A stretch of 20,000 nucleotides of DNA. Source: Rhizaria sp. SCN 62-66. Its lineage: Eukaryota. The stretch is from assembly GCA_001724265.1 (NCBI GenBank), contig MEDY01000099.1, forward strand, positions 57,932 through 77,931, in the 5' to 3' direction. The notes beneath the pieces are model-generated. The model searched no databases and was not told the DNA's origin. It worked only from the letters and a program-made list of their open reading frames with translations. The translations under genes were made by a program, and so were the position numbers. Shown piece after piece: positions 18,837 to 20,000 of this stretch (positions within the stretch are counted from its first letter, which is position 1; every line of letters starts with the position of its first letter).

Positions 18837-19034
18837 GTATGTTCAACAACACTGAGCAGTTGTATTACACCGCGGAACGCCCTGCAGCTATGCACTGGTG
18901 GGTGTCCTATTACGGGCCAGCTCCTTGTGTCCGCCATGACCCAATAGCCTATCTTCTTACGACGACTCTCTTTCCAAACTTAGCCAAAACTTACCCTTTT
19001 TTGTGTCTTGATTCCCTTTTTATGTCACTCATAG
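18837..19034 (+). other. Spliceosomal intron (198 nt, phase 0)
   Basis: GTATGT donor, pyrimidine tract (CCCTTTTTTGTGTCTTGATTCCCTTTTT) and TAG acceptor, with an in-frame TAG at 18945-18947. Removing it joins two membrane-protein ORFs in frame. Confidence 0.87.
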
Positions 19035-19661
19035 CTGTGCGTGCCGCTTATCGTGATTGCCGTTACGGGTCTGATCGTGCAGGCTTGGGTCCACTTACAA
19101 ACCAACATTCTCTCCGACGACACCTACGCTAGCGGACGCTACAACTGGGAATCCATCGTCCACACCGTCGCAGCGGGCGTTTTCTTCGGCCTCTCGACCG
19201 TCTTTGTCGTCATCGTTTGCGTGCTTGTTTACCGCTCTGCCGATGCCCCACTGGGCCGCATCGTCACGTCGGGCTCACGCATTGGCAAGTACGTTGCAGC
19301 CGGTCTGCTGCTGGCTTCTGTCGTCGCCGGCTTTCTCATGCACCCGTCAATCGGCATCTACTCACGCCGCGAGAGCTCGCTCTTCTTCAACCTGGGTGGC
19401 GCCTTCCAGTGGATCTGCGTCTTCTCACTTCTCGCCTTCATCGCCACTTTCACCTTCGATCTGGGCCGCCACGACGATGAGATGGACGGCGCGTACGAGC
19501 GTGTCGAAAAGGCGCCCAACCGCCGTGATGGCACGACGGCGCGTGTGGTGACCGTGGGCCGCGAGGGAGCGCTGCCGGCGCCGCCGCCGCACGACCCCAC
19601 GACGAGTGATGAGGAGGCCGCGCTGGGAGAGGAGGACCGTCTTGTTGCAAAGTACAGGTGA
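19035..19661 (+). CDS. Frag1/DRAM/Sfk1-family membrane protein, exon 2 (208 aa + stop; spliced protein 312 aa, about 6 TM helices)
   Basis: The acceptor CATAG|CTG is in frame. Four further hydrophobic helices include family-like motifs IVHTVAAGVFFGLS and AFQWICVFSLLAFIATFTFDL, followed by an acidic/Pro-rich tail. Stop TGA is at 19659-19661. Confidence 0.8.
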   Translation: MCVPLIVIAVTGLIVQAWVHLQTNILSDDTYASGRYNWESIVHTVAAGVFFGLSTVFVVIVCVLVYRSADAPLGRIVTSGSRIGKYVAAGLLLASVVAGFLMHPSIGIYSRRESSLFFNLGGAFQWICVFSLLAFIATFTFDLGRHDDEMDGAYERVEKAPNRRDGTTARVVTVGREGALPAPPPHDPTTSDEEAALGEEDRLVAKYR

Positions 19662-20000
19662 CTGGTGAATGGGTCGTGGGCACAGATGGGCTAAAAAGCT
19701 CCTCCGACAGTTGTTACCAGAGCAGGAGAGAAAAGGTTATGTACACAGGCCAAGTTGTGGATTAACATTAACAAAAATACAGTTATTATTATCGACACAT
19801 GAGTTACGATGCAATGACGAAAGACGATCGATATAAGTGCTAAGTCCGATGTAGGCATTAGAGAGCTGCACAACAAAGGTTGTTCTAACTAACACTTATA
19901 TTGTACCCCTGATGTAGAGGTTTATGAAAAACGCAAAAACGCGCCTGGAAGGGGCAGTTTGAAATAGCCATACAACTTTGTCAAACTTCCGTCAAATAAA

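Noticed and set aside
19656-19663. Possible splice donor AG|GTGACT overlapping the stop of the membrane-protein gene
   Set aside because: I found no convincing downstream acceptor with a coding-like exon, and the protein already has its full set of helices. It cannot be excluded without RNA data.
19691-19876. 61-aa hydrophobic minus-strand ORF
   Set aside because: It lies in AT-rich spacer DNA with codon usage unlike the real genes, and its hydrophobicity follows from T-richness.
1-20000. CRISPR arrays, tRNA/rRNA, transposon termini, or a multi-gene operon-like system
   Set aside because: I saw no regularly spaced repeats, long inverted repeats or RNA-gene signatures. The three genes belong to unrelated pathways.

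Overview
Eukaryotic, probably protist, genomic DNA with GC-rich exons, AT-rich spacers and short GT-AG introns. It holds three protein-coding genes. (1) A 5'-truncated, uninterrupted reading frame of about 15.87 kb on + (>5,290 aa), built from about 18 tandem ASH/Hydin-type Ig-like domains split by large Ala/Ser/Gly/Asp-rich insertions; it is probably a ciliary or centriolar scaffold but cannot be assigned to a named orthologue by eye. (2) A convergent two-exon eukaryotic glutathione synthetase on - (565 aa, 129-nt intron, probable extra 5'-UTR intron). (3) A divergent two-exon Frag1/DRAM/Sfk1-family membrane protein on + (312 aa, 198-nt intron). I see no RNA genes, CRISPR arrays or mobile elements. 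The giant multi-ASH protein is the best candidate for something undescribed; I see no evidence that the three genes form one system.
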